From Cyanidioschyzon merolae (Eukaryota): DNA of 64,000 nt. Each line of letters opens with the position of its first letter. Position 1 is the stretch's first letter. The notes under the pieces are model-generated. The model had not been told where the DNA came from. It ran no database searches and was given only the letters and a program-made list of their open reading frames with translations. The stretch lies in NCBI GenBank assembly GCA_000091205.1, contig AP006488.2. One strand, written 5' to 3'. Shown here in pieces: positions 25,306 through 35,228 of the stretch. A program made the position numbers and the translations under genes.

Positions 25306-26970
25306 ATGTCACCTGCGTTGTCTAAAGACGCACATAGTCCGGTGCGACGGGTGCGCAAAGTGGCGGGCAAGTTCTGGAACAAGGGAACATATGGGGCTTG
25401 CTCGGATCAAGTGGAGCAGGAGCGCCGGCGCTCGCAGCTCGAGCATCGCGGACGGCAAATACCACGAAAGCGTTGTCTTAGAGACAGAAAAGGCAGAATA
25501 GGGAGGTTTCGGAAACACTATTTGTCAACTGAAGAGCTTTCACGACTTGCTGCTTACCAAAACTCCGGAACTGATCTTAGTATCACGTATCGTTATGTCC
25601 TGTCACCGATCTACGCGCGGTTGGTAGAGCTGCTACCAAAGAGCATCGCGCCCAATTCCGTGACGCTCGCTGGGTTGGTTTTTACAGTAACAGGGCATCT
25701 CGCGGTCGTCTTCCTTGCCTGCGATGGAGGTATACGAGATATCAAATCTCTTGCACAGTGGGTGCTGCACGCAAAACTTGGATTAACTGGCGAACCAAGC
25801 AATATTTTGAAACGCTCCCCGAACGATTCGTATGTCGTTTCTTCGCTGCTGAGTATGCCGGAATCATGCGCCAGTGGTAGCTCAGCGAGAATCGCATATG
25901 GATTCAGTGCGTTCTGTCTCGGCATGTATCAGCTTCTTGACAATCTGGATGGTAGGCAAGCCCGCCGGACGGGTTCCTCTTCCCCTCTAGGCCATTTTTT
26001 TGATCATGGATGTGATGCACTGAATGTTACATTTGCCGGCCTCACGTTCGCGCTGACTGCTCAATTTGGTTGGTCTCTTTGGACGACAGTGCTGCTTCTC
26101 TTCGTTGGAATGATGCCTTTTTTCTTCGCTACTTTGGAGGAATATTTTAGTGGTGCGCTTGTGCTACGCGAGATTAACGGCCCAAACGAAGGCTTGCTTC
26201 TCATGCAGCTTCTCACGTGGCTGACGGCTATATGGGGCCCGGCGTTCTGGAAAAGATTAGTGGTGGTTCCAGTCTTTCCGAGCAGCATTTTCTCCAAGCA
26301 TATATGCTTGCCGTCGGCTGTGATTTCTATCCTAAGCAGTGGCGGTTACCTGGAAATTGCTCTAAGTCGCTCCGAATGGTCCATGTATCATGAGATGCTC
26401 CGAAATAGACGAGCGGTTGCCTTACCGCTCAATCGTCTGTTTTTTCTTTTCACATTGCTTCCAGTGCTACCCACAGTAATCTCGAATTTTATCACAATCT
26501 TTAGGAACGGCAGTCAACTCTCAGAGTCTCAAAGAAAACTTCGACGGAGGCATCTCGTTCGTCTCGCGGTGGCCTATTCTTTTCCATTTTTTACGCTAGC
26601 CATTGCGATGATTGGCTGGCCATTGTGCTCGCCCGCTGTGGTGCTTGCCAATGGACTATTGTATCATTGGCTCTGCGGGTTGACCTTTTTTTACATCTGT
26701 AGCAGACTGATACTGGCACATTTAACAAGTTCAGTGTATGGAAGTGCTTTCCCTGCTCTGATCCCCTTGTGGGCTGGTTTTCTGAACGCTTTACTTGGCC
26801 GACCTCTGCCAGAGTTCCTAGTGCTCCTGACGTCATTTCTCTTCATTCTGTTCATAGTGTCGCGTCGCGTTGTTGGGGTGGTCCGCGAAATAAGCACGTT
26901 CTTGGGAATCCGACCGTTCTCGATTGTTGGCGCCTCTTCTGAAAGGATGCACGGTACGGATAGCCGCTAA
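25306..26970 (+). CDS. Choline/ethanolamine phosphotransferase (CDP-alcohol phosphatidyltransferase family, EPT1/CEPT1-like)
   Basis: CDP-OH phosphotransferase motif DNLDGRQARRTGSSSPLGHFFDHGCDALN. The N-terminal region LSTEELSRLAAYQNSGTDLSITYRYVLSPIY...APNSVTLAGL is collinear with EPT1 (LSxEQL..YKYS..D.S..S.YVM.PFW...APN.IT..G). Multiple TM segments. The upstream N-terminal extension is of uncertain reality. Confidence 0.85.
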   Translation: MSPALSKDAHSPVRRVRKVAGKFWNKGTYGACSDQVEQERRRSQLEHRGRQIPRKRCLRDRKGRIGRFRKHYLSTEELSRLAAYQNSGTDLSITYRYVLSPIYARLVELLPKSIAPNSVTLAGLVFTVTGHLAVVFLACDGGIRDIKSLAQWVLHAKLGLTGEPSNILKRSPNDSYVVSSLLSMPESCASGSSARIAYGFSAFCLGMYQLLDNLDGRQARRTGSSSPLGHFFDHGCDALNVTFAGLTFALTAQFGWSLWTTVLLLFVGMMPFFFATLEEYFSGALVLREINGPNEGLLLMQLLTWLTAIWGPAFWKRLVVVPVFPSSIFSKHICLPSAVISILSSGGYLEIALSRSEWSMYHEMLRNRRAVALPLNRLFFLFTLLPVLPTVISNFITIFRNGSQLSESQRKLRRRHLVRLAVAYSFPFFTLAIAMIGWPLCSPAVVLANGLLYHWLCGLTFFYICSRLILAHLTSSVYGSAFPALIPLWAGFLNALLGRPLPEFLVLLTSFLFILFIVSRRVVGVVREISTFLGIRPFSIVGASSERMHGTDSR

Positions 26971-27718
26971 GAACAGTGCTGGCACTTGGTTTAAGTTCTG
27001 GCTTTGGATTCAGATGAGAAGCCGTCACTGTTTGTAATGAAACAGGATTGCAGGCTCGCACATCTACGCGAGCGGAAAGCCCGCGACGAATGCGGAGAAG
27101 GCTCAAATTTCCGTTACTTGTTTGAGAGTGCTCTGACAGGGACGGAAATGGGTGTTTGAAGGGAGGTCATACATTCTGAGCTGCGCATCATGATGTGAAA
27201 CAGCGGATCCCGTGGTTGTTCTCGGCAAAGCATCTGCATCCCTGAGGGTGCAAACGCTTCCAAGGACCAAGCGGAAACTGTACTCTCGCTTACCGCTGCA
27301 TGCTACGATTGAAACCTTGAAGTGCATACAATGAGGTGCCTAGCATAAAAGGAATATACTTTATTGGATGATGTGCGTCTGCGCCAGGTTGTTCTGCAGA
27401 ACGCCTTGTGCTGGGCTGCCGATACGCCTGGAGTGTGCAGCGCTTTGAGCCGCTTTGCTCTATCCTTATCCATAGCAAGCGCCCAGCTGAGACTTTGGTG
27501 AGGATAGTATTCAAACAGCTCCCACGGATTCCTCATTCGCAGTTCGAAAGTATCCTGCTCCATGTCAGAGCCAAGTCAGCGCCGTTTGAATATATCTAAT
27601 GCCAGAGAACTCTAGGTGCCTGAGCTGAATCGCGGAGTCGGTATCTGCTGCGCTTGCCTGCTATGCATGTCTTTGAGGCCGTGGTATCATGCTGGCATTC
27701 TAAATCCCTAAATTACTG

Positions 27719-29105
27719 GAATGGGCCAGTGAAGCGCTCGCTCTGTGCCTGCCTTTTGAACATTTCCCCGACTTTTCCTCGATACACGGCCTCGACATTC
27801 AATGTGCGGCTCTAACTGCTACTCGACTCAATGTTAGAGTTAGAATCCTCGGTCGTGTGTTCAGGGCGGCTCGTTTGACTCCTTTCTCCTGGCATTCGTG
27901 GCGCCAACGGAATCAAGATGACTCGGGGCGCCGTCGAACACGCGTTGGTGGCATATCCGAAAATATGGTTTTCCGGTTCGAGCGCCCAAGCGTCCACGCT
28001 TGTCCTTGCCTAAAATGTAGCCTGCCCGGATCACGCATGCTTCGCGTACTCAATGGACCTGCTTGGAGGCCACCCGTGGGCACGGCAATTTGTGCAGATG
28101 GATTTGCGAGGCGGACAACTCGACGTCGTGCCCTGGCGACATGCTCGCAGGCTCATGCCGGGCGTTCACTTTACTTGACACGCCGAATGGTGGATTCGGT
28201 TCGAGAGACCGATCGTGCGCTGCTTGCGGCCGTCGACGACTCGGCATTCGACAGCAGCATGGTACCTCTCAGGGCTGGTACGCTCGCAGATGTTCCTGTC
28301 TCCCCTGTTCGGACTGCAACGAGACTTGCACCGGGCCTCGAGGCACCGCATGGATCGCTCTCAGCAGAGCGTGCGTCACTGCTGAGCACGAAGCGAGTGC
28401 AGAGGGGTCGACACTTCTGGATCGACAGTTCTTAATCGAGCTCGTCTGTACTGATATCCCAGAACTTGCATCGTCATCGACAACATTGCGTTCCGCAAAT
28501 GCTTTGTCGAACGGAGCAACGAACGCATTCGTATGCAGCGGTTAGCGTACTCGCCGAGTGATCGCCAAGAAGAAGCGGATCATCATCGCAGGGTCCGGCA
28601 TCTGAAGCTGAGCCCGAGGAGGGCATTGACGGGTGTCGTCTGTAGCCATAGAAGGCATGCACTGAGCGACGGAGCTGGTGTCCTCGTCCCCCAGAGCAGC
28701 CCACGGAGGGGCAGGCACAGTGGACACACAGGAATCGCGGATCACGGTGATGGGTCCGCGCTGCAAAGCGCTTACCTGGGCTGTTTATAGAAGAGGTGCA
28801 CGAATCGAGTGCGGCATGGACCCGAACTGCTGCCTGATGATGAAATGCGTTCGCGAGAGCGGGAAGCAGTAGAATCGGGGCTTGCGCGTTGCTATCAGCA
28901 GACCTCGACTGCTGAGACTGAACCATGAGGCACCGGAGAGACCTGCTCATTTCAGGCGGGGGATGAGATAGAGAGCGATGAAAAGGTATCGTGTGCTGGA
29001 AAGCCCGGAGAGACTTGTAATGATGACAGTGGGAACTGGCCGATTGTTTATGGTGCACACCTGCTTTAGCGTAGTTGGACGCGTTCCACTTGAGTCTGAC
29101 ATGGG
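27719..29105 (+). repeat. R1 repeat copy C. It is 5'-truncated, begins at element position of about 733, and has a full right end.
   Basis: Identical ORF set to A and B (ORF track 27857-28435 and 28474-29058). Its right end matches copy A (...GAGTCTGACATGGGTAT). Confidence 0.85.
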
Positions 29106-29202
29106 TATCTCGGTCGCGTCAATGGCGTTCTCCGCTAAATTGCGTAGCGTTTCCGCCGTGGATGATTCGTCGCAAAACAAGTAACCGTTCTCAGGACACA
29201 AT

Positions 29203-29469
29203 ATGCACCCTGCCGGACAGCAGTTGTCAGAGCGCTTATTTTACTGCTTCATGTTTCTGACTTCTTTGGTTTGTCTGATCGAAACCTGGCGAACAGACGA
29301 TCTCCGCAGATTCGCGCTCTTTTTCGCTATTGGTAGCACGCTAGCGCTCTTAGCCTGTGTCCCTGACTGGCCAGTCTATCGAAAAAAAGCTATCACTTGG
29401 AGAGAAATCCCAGCAGCAGTGAGCGTACCGACGAGCTCTTCCGCTTCAAAAGCGTCGACGCCGCGATGA
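29203..29469 (+). CDS. Signal peptidase complex subunit 1 (SPC12/SPCS1)-like small two-TM protein
   Basis: GQQLSERLF...two hydrophobic spans...VPDWPVYRKKAITW is collinear with human SPCS1 GQKLAEQMF...LPPWPIYRRHPLKW. Confidence 0.6.
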   Translation: MHPAGQQLSERLFYCFMFLTSLVCLIETWRTDDLRRFALFFAIGSTLALLACVPDWPVYRKKAITWREIPAAVSVPTSSSASKASTPR

Positions 29470-31274
29470 AAATAGGGCGAGAACGCTCGGCTCTGTGCCG
29501 TTCAAGGAAGCGTGCCCGTATGGAAAGGTTCACGTCTTTGGTCACGGGTATCTGCGGCCGTTACGGCAAAATAAACCAACACGTACATACGCGGGGACTC
29601 CAACACCATAAGGCAGCGCTACATTTTTCACCTGCATACGAGCCCAATTTGTAAGCAGTACGTCACGAGAACCATTTGCTCGATGACATGCTAGAAATGC
29701 GAAGCGATGCATGGATGGGGATGCCTTAGAAATATCAGAAAAAAGCGCTTTAATCCAGTCATCCTGCATGTACAGTACGAGCAGCGTCAACGCAACGTCA
29801 ATGCGTGCGGACAACCTATGTTGTGGGAGGCATTTGCGCGCCTGATGCTCTGCACCGGTAACCTCAGCAACATGTACACAATGACATAGCGACTACGGAG
29901 CCGTGCCTCCGGTTCCGTGTGTGCGCTAGGGTCTCCGTCTCCTCTTGGTTCTGAAGTTCCGACAGACACCCTCATTAGTGACGCGTAGTCTGTAAAGGCG
30001 ATCATTGATAGACAACGCACTGTGCTGAAGGACCTCGGGGGACGCGATGCTCATCTGCGTGGCCAAATTAGAAGCGATAAAGCTGAGGCCTATGAAAGGT
30101 CCCGGAGCTCAGTGAACCCCTTGTGATCATCACGCGCTAATACGAATCCGCTCTCCTGGAGATGAAAGCTCCCTTACACAGTAAAGCATCGAAGGTGCTG
30201 TCTCGCTTTCTGAGGCCCGCTCTACTCGGGGCTCCAATCCCAATAAGAAAAACCAAGTCTCACGCTCGGGCAGCAAATGCAACGTTGTTGTAAATGCTTC
30301 TATATGATGCAGGGCCTGCAATTTGATGGTATCAGATTGGGATCACCGTCACTGCAGCTGCCAGAGAACGTGAGATATATGCGCTCAAAAAGATTATTCA
30401 GGAATGTAGAAGGTTTCCAGCGGCTTCTGGGCATCTGCGCTTGATCTGTTGCCGCAAAATGGAGCAGAGCACTGCTCACTAAGCTGGAGCATACCATGAT
30501 AATACCCAGCAATGCGGCCGAGAGTAGCCAAGAATACATATGGATGAGAGCAGTCGAGCGTCTGTCCGCACTTCCAGCTCAAGAGAGCGGTGTCGCCAGG
30601 CACACCTCGAGTCAGAAATTCTTGCAGCTGCACGGGCATCTGATTTGAACGTAGGCATCTGCAGCGAGAGTCTAAAAAAAAAATTTTCAAATATCACATA
30701 CCACGCAGCTCCGTGATCCTCGGACTCGATGCTCTGCACGATGCACGCTGCTTGTTGTAAATGCAAGGTGGGCATCTCGTTTGAGCTCTTTGGGGCTGCC
30801 TAGCACTCTTATTTCCAGACGGATTCCCAGTTTTCCTTGTTACGTTTCTCACAATTTCGCCGAATAGTTCGAAGATCATGCCAAGGCAGACATTCACATG
30901 CTATATAGCGCTTTTCGTTGGGACGGAAGCGACAAATACCACCTCCCCATGGTGGGTATCCAGGAGTGCGCTTTTCCTTCAAGCTCCATGCCTTTTAGAG
31001 CATGCGCGTAAGAGACGCAGGCTGTCGAGGCCCATGTGAACGTGCGCTTCAGAGGGAGACTATTTGGCACGGGTCGGCGTGGTGATCCGCTTCGAAACGT
31101 CGTTTATTGGAGTTATTGACTTCACGCCCGAATCTGACCGAAAGTCTCCGCGCGGTACGTTTGAGCGAAAAACCGCCCCCTGGAGCACTTTCCGGAACCT
31201 GCTGCACTAACATACTCGTGGTTCTAGTGTAGAGGAGAACGCGCTCGAAAAGAGCGAGACCGCGTTTCTCGAAT

Positions 31275-31595
31275 ATGTATGAGGCAAGCCCCAAACGACT
31301 GCCCTTGAGTGAGGTTGTGAAGCAGGCGCCGCAGCAACTAGGTCATAAGCGTCTCGTGTGCAAGCCCCAAGAGCAGCAAGTTGCAGTTGTCCTTGCTGCA
31401 GGAAGTGGCACGCGTTTCCATTCAGAGACTCCAAAGGTGATCTACCCTTTAGATGGTAAACCGCTTGTCCGACACGTCGTTGAGGCCGTCGAACAGGTGG
31501 ACGTGCCCACCGTGGTTATCATCGGTCACGAAGGTAGTCGGGTGATGAAAGCTTTGGCGGATAAAAACGTAATATTCATAGAGCAAACTGAACGC
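31275..31595 (+). CDS. GlmU-type nucleotidyltransferase (UDP-GlcNAc pyrophosphorylase N-terminal domain), exon 1
   Basis: VVLAAGSGTRF...PKVIYPLDGKPLVRHVV matches bacterial GlmU (ILAAGKGTRM..PKVLH.LAGK.M..HV). The exon ends at a canonical GTAAGT donor at 31596. Confidence 0.65.
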
Positions 31596-31777
31596 GTAAG
31601 TTTTAACCACTGCAACTCTATGAACGGAGCGTGTGCTCGTTCAAGTCGCCCTATCAGGCCAGCAAGGCTTGCGCTGCGACAGCAGCTTTTGCTCTTCTAA
31701 CAAACACTTATTGCTCACGCTGTAGATTGGAATACTAACCATGCGCGTTAACACATGCACTTCGCACGCCGAGTCAG
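31596..31777 (+). other. Spliceosomal intron (GTAAGT...CAG, 182 bp) of the GlmU-like gene
   Basis: Splicing 31595 to 31778 restores the continuous GlmU motif FIEQTER|LGTAHAV (GlmU: V.Q.EQLGTGHA). The upstream frame is closed by TAA at 31736. Confidence 0.6.
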
Positions 31778-32377
31778 CTTGGCACCGCTCATGCTGTATA
31801 CCTTGCTCAGTACGCACTTCCGGAGCAATTTGACGGAGATATCATCGTTCTCTATGCTGACGTTCCCGGAGTCGATAAGGATCTGCTGCAGGCAGTCCTG
31901 GAGCGCAAACAAAACCATCGCCGTGCTGACCCCACCTTTGGTGCGCTGGTTGTTACCGGCAGCCGTTCACTCTCTCTCATGTCTGCATCAGGAAACTATG
32001 GTCGAATCGTGCGTGACGAGCAGGATCCTTTATGCATTCGTGAAATCGTAGAAAAGAAACAGATCGATAGCATGCCAGAAACGAATCCTCGAAAGCGCAT
32101 GCTCGCCGATTGCGATGAATTCAACTCTGGTATTTTCGTTGCCCGAGCCCCGGCACTGTTCAGAGCTCTCGGGAGTGTGCTTCCGCACAGAGTAGGTCAA
32201 CATCGTTGTGAGTACTATGCCACAGACTTTGTGGAGCACATGGTTGCATATGGCCTTCACGTTTATGCATGGCAGGTACCAGCTGCACTACAGTTCAAGA
32301 TAGAGGGTGCGAACACGTTGGAAGAGGCTCAAGAGCTCGAGCGGCGCTTGCGAACGCAGTCATCGAGCGGTAGATAG
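31778..32377 (+). CDS. GlmU-type nucleotidyltransferase, exon 2. It ends right after the linker helix; no left-handed-beta-helix acetyltransferase domain follows.
   Basis: LGTAHA, LVLYADVPGV, GYGRIVRD, EYYATD and EGANTLEEAQELERR parallel GlmU LGTGHA, LVLYGDVPLI, GYGRI.R, EYY.TD and EGVNNR.QL..LER. Confidence 0.65.
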   Translation, partial: LGTAHAVYLAQYALPEQFDGDIIVLYADVPGVDKDLLQAVLERKQNHRRADPTFGALVVTGSRSLSLMSASGNYGRIVRDEQDPLCIREIVEKKQIDSMPETNPRKRMLADCDEFNSGIFVARAPALFRALGSVLPHRVGQHRCEYYATDFVEHMVAYGLHVYAWQVPAALQFKIEGANTLEEAQELERRLRTQSSSGR

Positions 32378-32545
32378 ACGCATGCGGTACCGTTGTCAAA
32401 ATTTAAAACGGTAACGAATGTCGGCTCAACTTCCCGTGAGGAGTGCCGCTGCGTGTGGGTACGCTGTCATTCCAGGGGTAGAGAACCTGTTGCAAGCGGA
32501 CGAAACCAGCGCGGTTGCCTCAAATGCTTACCTCGCTTTTTTTCG

Positions 32546-34798
32546 GTTATACTCAAAGCACTGAATTTTGGAACAGCTGTGCTGGCTCACCTTTTATGTT
32601 TTTGTTTGTCTTTCTCTCAGGTCCCTCATAAAAGCAATCCATCCTTTGGGTGCGAGAACGCTCGCGGAAACACCAAAGGCCCTCACTGCCAGCTTGCGAG
32701 CACAACGGCTTCAGTTCTACGAGTGAGTCACTCAGTGGGTTCATCAAGCGAATGAGCTACACGTCGCCTGGCCCTGATCCTGGGGCTCGGGAGCCCAAAA
32801 CAGAACTTATCCAGCGCTACCCCAACGATTGCCTCTTCTTCAGCGCATTCCACTCCATGCGTACGCTGACAATGACTCCAAAACATGCCGCAGGATGTCG
32901 GGTTTCGACACCCTTCATACGAATGGTGATGAAGAGTCACCGATGGAATACGCAGAAGCACGCGGCTATGGGAGGCCTTTGCGCGTCGCATACCTGGTCA
33001 TCGATTCCGTATGGAAACACGAGCTCGTATTCCGCGGGCAACGGACGTTTGCCGCTCTCGATGAGACACGTCCAGCTACGGACGCTCGACATGTGGCTAG
33101 GTACGCCACGAAGGGCATATTGCCGTCCTACACGACGACACAAGCGAGCATGAAGCCACCATGTGCTCCAGTGGCGACCACATCCCGCAGTTGCCACCGA
33201 GCCGCCAAACAGACATGTCCCTTCGACACACCTGATCGTTCGTCGACGCACTTTTGGCTTCTTGGTCCCACTCTCATCTGCCGCGATCTCAGAAGAGATC
33301 GCTGTCCAGTACGCCGTAGGTGCCATCGAGTACACACGCGAGGGCGGCGTTGAGCGGCTCGGCGATCCTGCATACTGGTTCAGGTTCAGAGCAGTCATAG
33401 GCCCCTTGTCGGTTGTCAACCGCCATACAAGCGCTCGCGGATCTATAGACGACGAGTCGTTCGCATCCGTGGACCCGAAAGCCGCAGAACGCCTTCAGAG
33501 CTCGCGCAGCTTCGTTCCTGGCGGATGCTCGCGCAGCTTCTCTAGCTTTGGTGCACCTCGTCCAGCAGCAGCTGTTCAGAGCAGCTGCGCATGCAGAGGA
33601 GCCAGCTGTGCGCATTCCTCGGGGCGTGCTCGAGCGAGCCTTTCCGAGGCACAGTACAGCTGATGCTCTGCACAGAGGATACGATACGGCGTGCTCGTGA
33701 ACTAGCGGAATTGCAAACAAACACATAAACACACTTACTCACATACACATAAACACAAACACACGTTCTAGCGTACCTTGACCTGCACGCTACCGCATCA
33801 GCGAACGCAAGTGCTACAGTATAGGTCCCTGAAGGAATCGAATGAGCACCACTATCCTAGAGCAGCTGCAGTTCCGCGCTGAGCGCTCCATGAGGCGCAC
33901 GCTTTTGATGCCGCATCCTACACTCAGTGGCCGAGAAAAGCGTGACTGATGCAGCGGATTCATGGCGCGTCGATAGAGCTAAACTGCGGAATAGTGGCGG
34001 AGACTGCAGTGGCAGCGGACTCGGAAGCGCTGCCCCAACGCCAGCCAGAGTCGCCCTCGCACCGAGCCAACAAGCTGGCTTTCGCTAGCGCGTTCCGCGA
34101 GTCGGAGAACAAAGTGGCCGATCAACTGCGTCGTTTGGAGGGAGCGTACGGCGTGGAGCACGCTACAGCGCACAGGCGCTTCTCTCCATTTCGCTTGACA
34201 CGAGCGTACGTCGAGTGCAGCGATCGGCTCTGCAGGACGCTCACCGACGCGTTCAGCACACCGTACGCACAGCACGAGCACGAGCACGAGCACGAACTCA
34301 CAACGAAACAGGTAGCGTGGACGAGTGTGAAGCAGTGCCGGACGCTCTAGACGGTGTACGGCAAGCTTGCCGGACGTCCGACGGCGATGCAACTGGACGC
34401 GGCAGGCTCTCTGGGGCGTGACCCCACCCCCCCGGCAGCGACGTACTGTAGGGCTCTCACTCTCCCCGAAACTCGAACGCCAGGCTCAGCGTCTGGAAAT
34501 ATGTCGGGCGTGTGGAGCGTCCAGCGAGTTTGTGCCGAACGAGTTCGCCAACGAATCCACGAGGTCTCAGTGTGGGCGTTGCGGTGAAACGCGACAGACT
34601 ACCGATGCAGCACTATCAGAGGCGAGTTGCCAGGAGAGCGTGTCCAACGGGTTTCCACCTGGAGTTAGACACCGAAATGGTACGTTTCAGGAAACCAGCG
34701 AGTTTGGTGTGTCGTTTATATACACCGGGATCGGTTCTTCTTCGCGGATACTGAACGATAATGGTTTTCAGCTATTCGATGCTAATGAGTACTGGCGT
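32546..34798 (+). repeat. R2 repeat copy 1 (about 2.25 kb, GC-rich, non-coding). Termini are GGTTATACTCAAAG... and ...GATGCTAATGAGTA.
   Basis: Collinear with 39879-42145 and 46168-48423; the ORF track repeats identical ORF sets. Contains a CA-rich low-complexity tract near 33715-33765 and a (CACGAG)n microsatellite. Confidence 0.85.
34272..34296. repeat. (CACGAG)n hexanucleotide microsatellite, about 4 units, inside R2 copy 1
   Basis: Direct reading: cacgagcacgagcacgagcacgaac. The unit count differs among the three R2 copies (4, 7 and 5). Confidence 0.8.
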
Positions 34799-35228
34799 AC
34801 CACCCAAAAGCTGTACCTAGAAAGAATTCGTTTAAAATGTTTCATTCATAGAGAGGGATTCATGCAAGCTGAGGCAACCGGTTCCGAGGGGTCTAACAAT
34901 GAAGCCTCGTGGGCTGCACCCGGGCACTTGTCTTTTGTCTCGCAAAAGCATAAGTCACGTGTTTGTTCGGCTTTTCGTTTGCTTTGTGAGGTCGCACACG
35001 TGGGGCAAACTGTGATGCTATGGCCGGTAGGCCCTTTCTCAAACATCCGACAAGGGGAGTGTGCACGGTTATGCTGTCCACAAGCAGTTGAAAACGCTTT
35101 CTTGATATTCGCCCATCCTGTGTGTAGGTGGTCACGCCTCTGATTAGAGACGCCGGTAGCGCCGAAAGCAACAGCTCGCAAAACGTTCGCACCTTTTTCG
35201 GGAGCAGTCAGCACCCACATGTCTACTT

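Noticed and set aside
22999-29105. R1 as an rDNA or snRNA unit, given that it is GC-rich, highly conserved between copies and non-coding
   Set aside because: I found no recognisable rRNA or 5S/snRNA signature sequences, and the copies are dispersed with 5' and 3' truncations typical of transposable elements.
31275-32377. A bacterial GlmU-like gene as a sign of bacterial contamination or misassembly
   Set aside because: The gene is split by a canonical GTAAGT...CAG intron whose removal restores a conserved motif, and it is flanked by eukaryotic genes and repeats.
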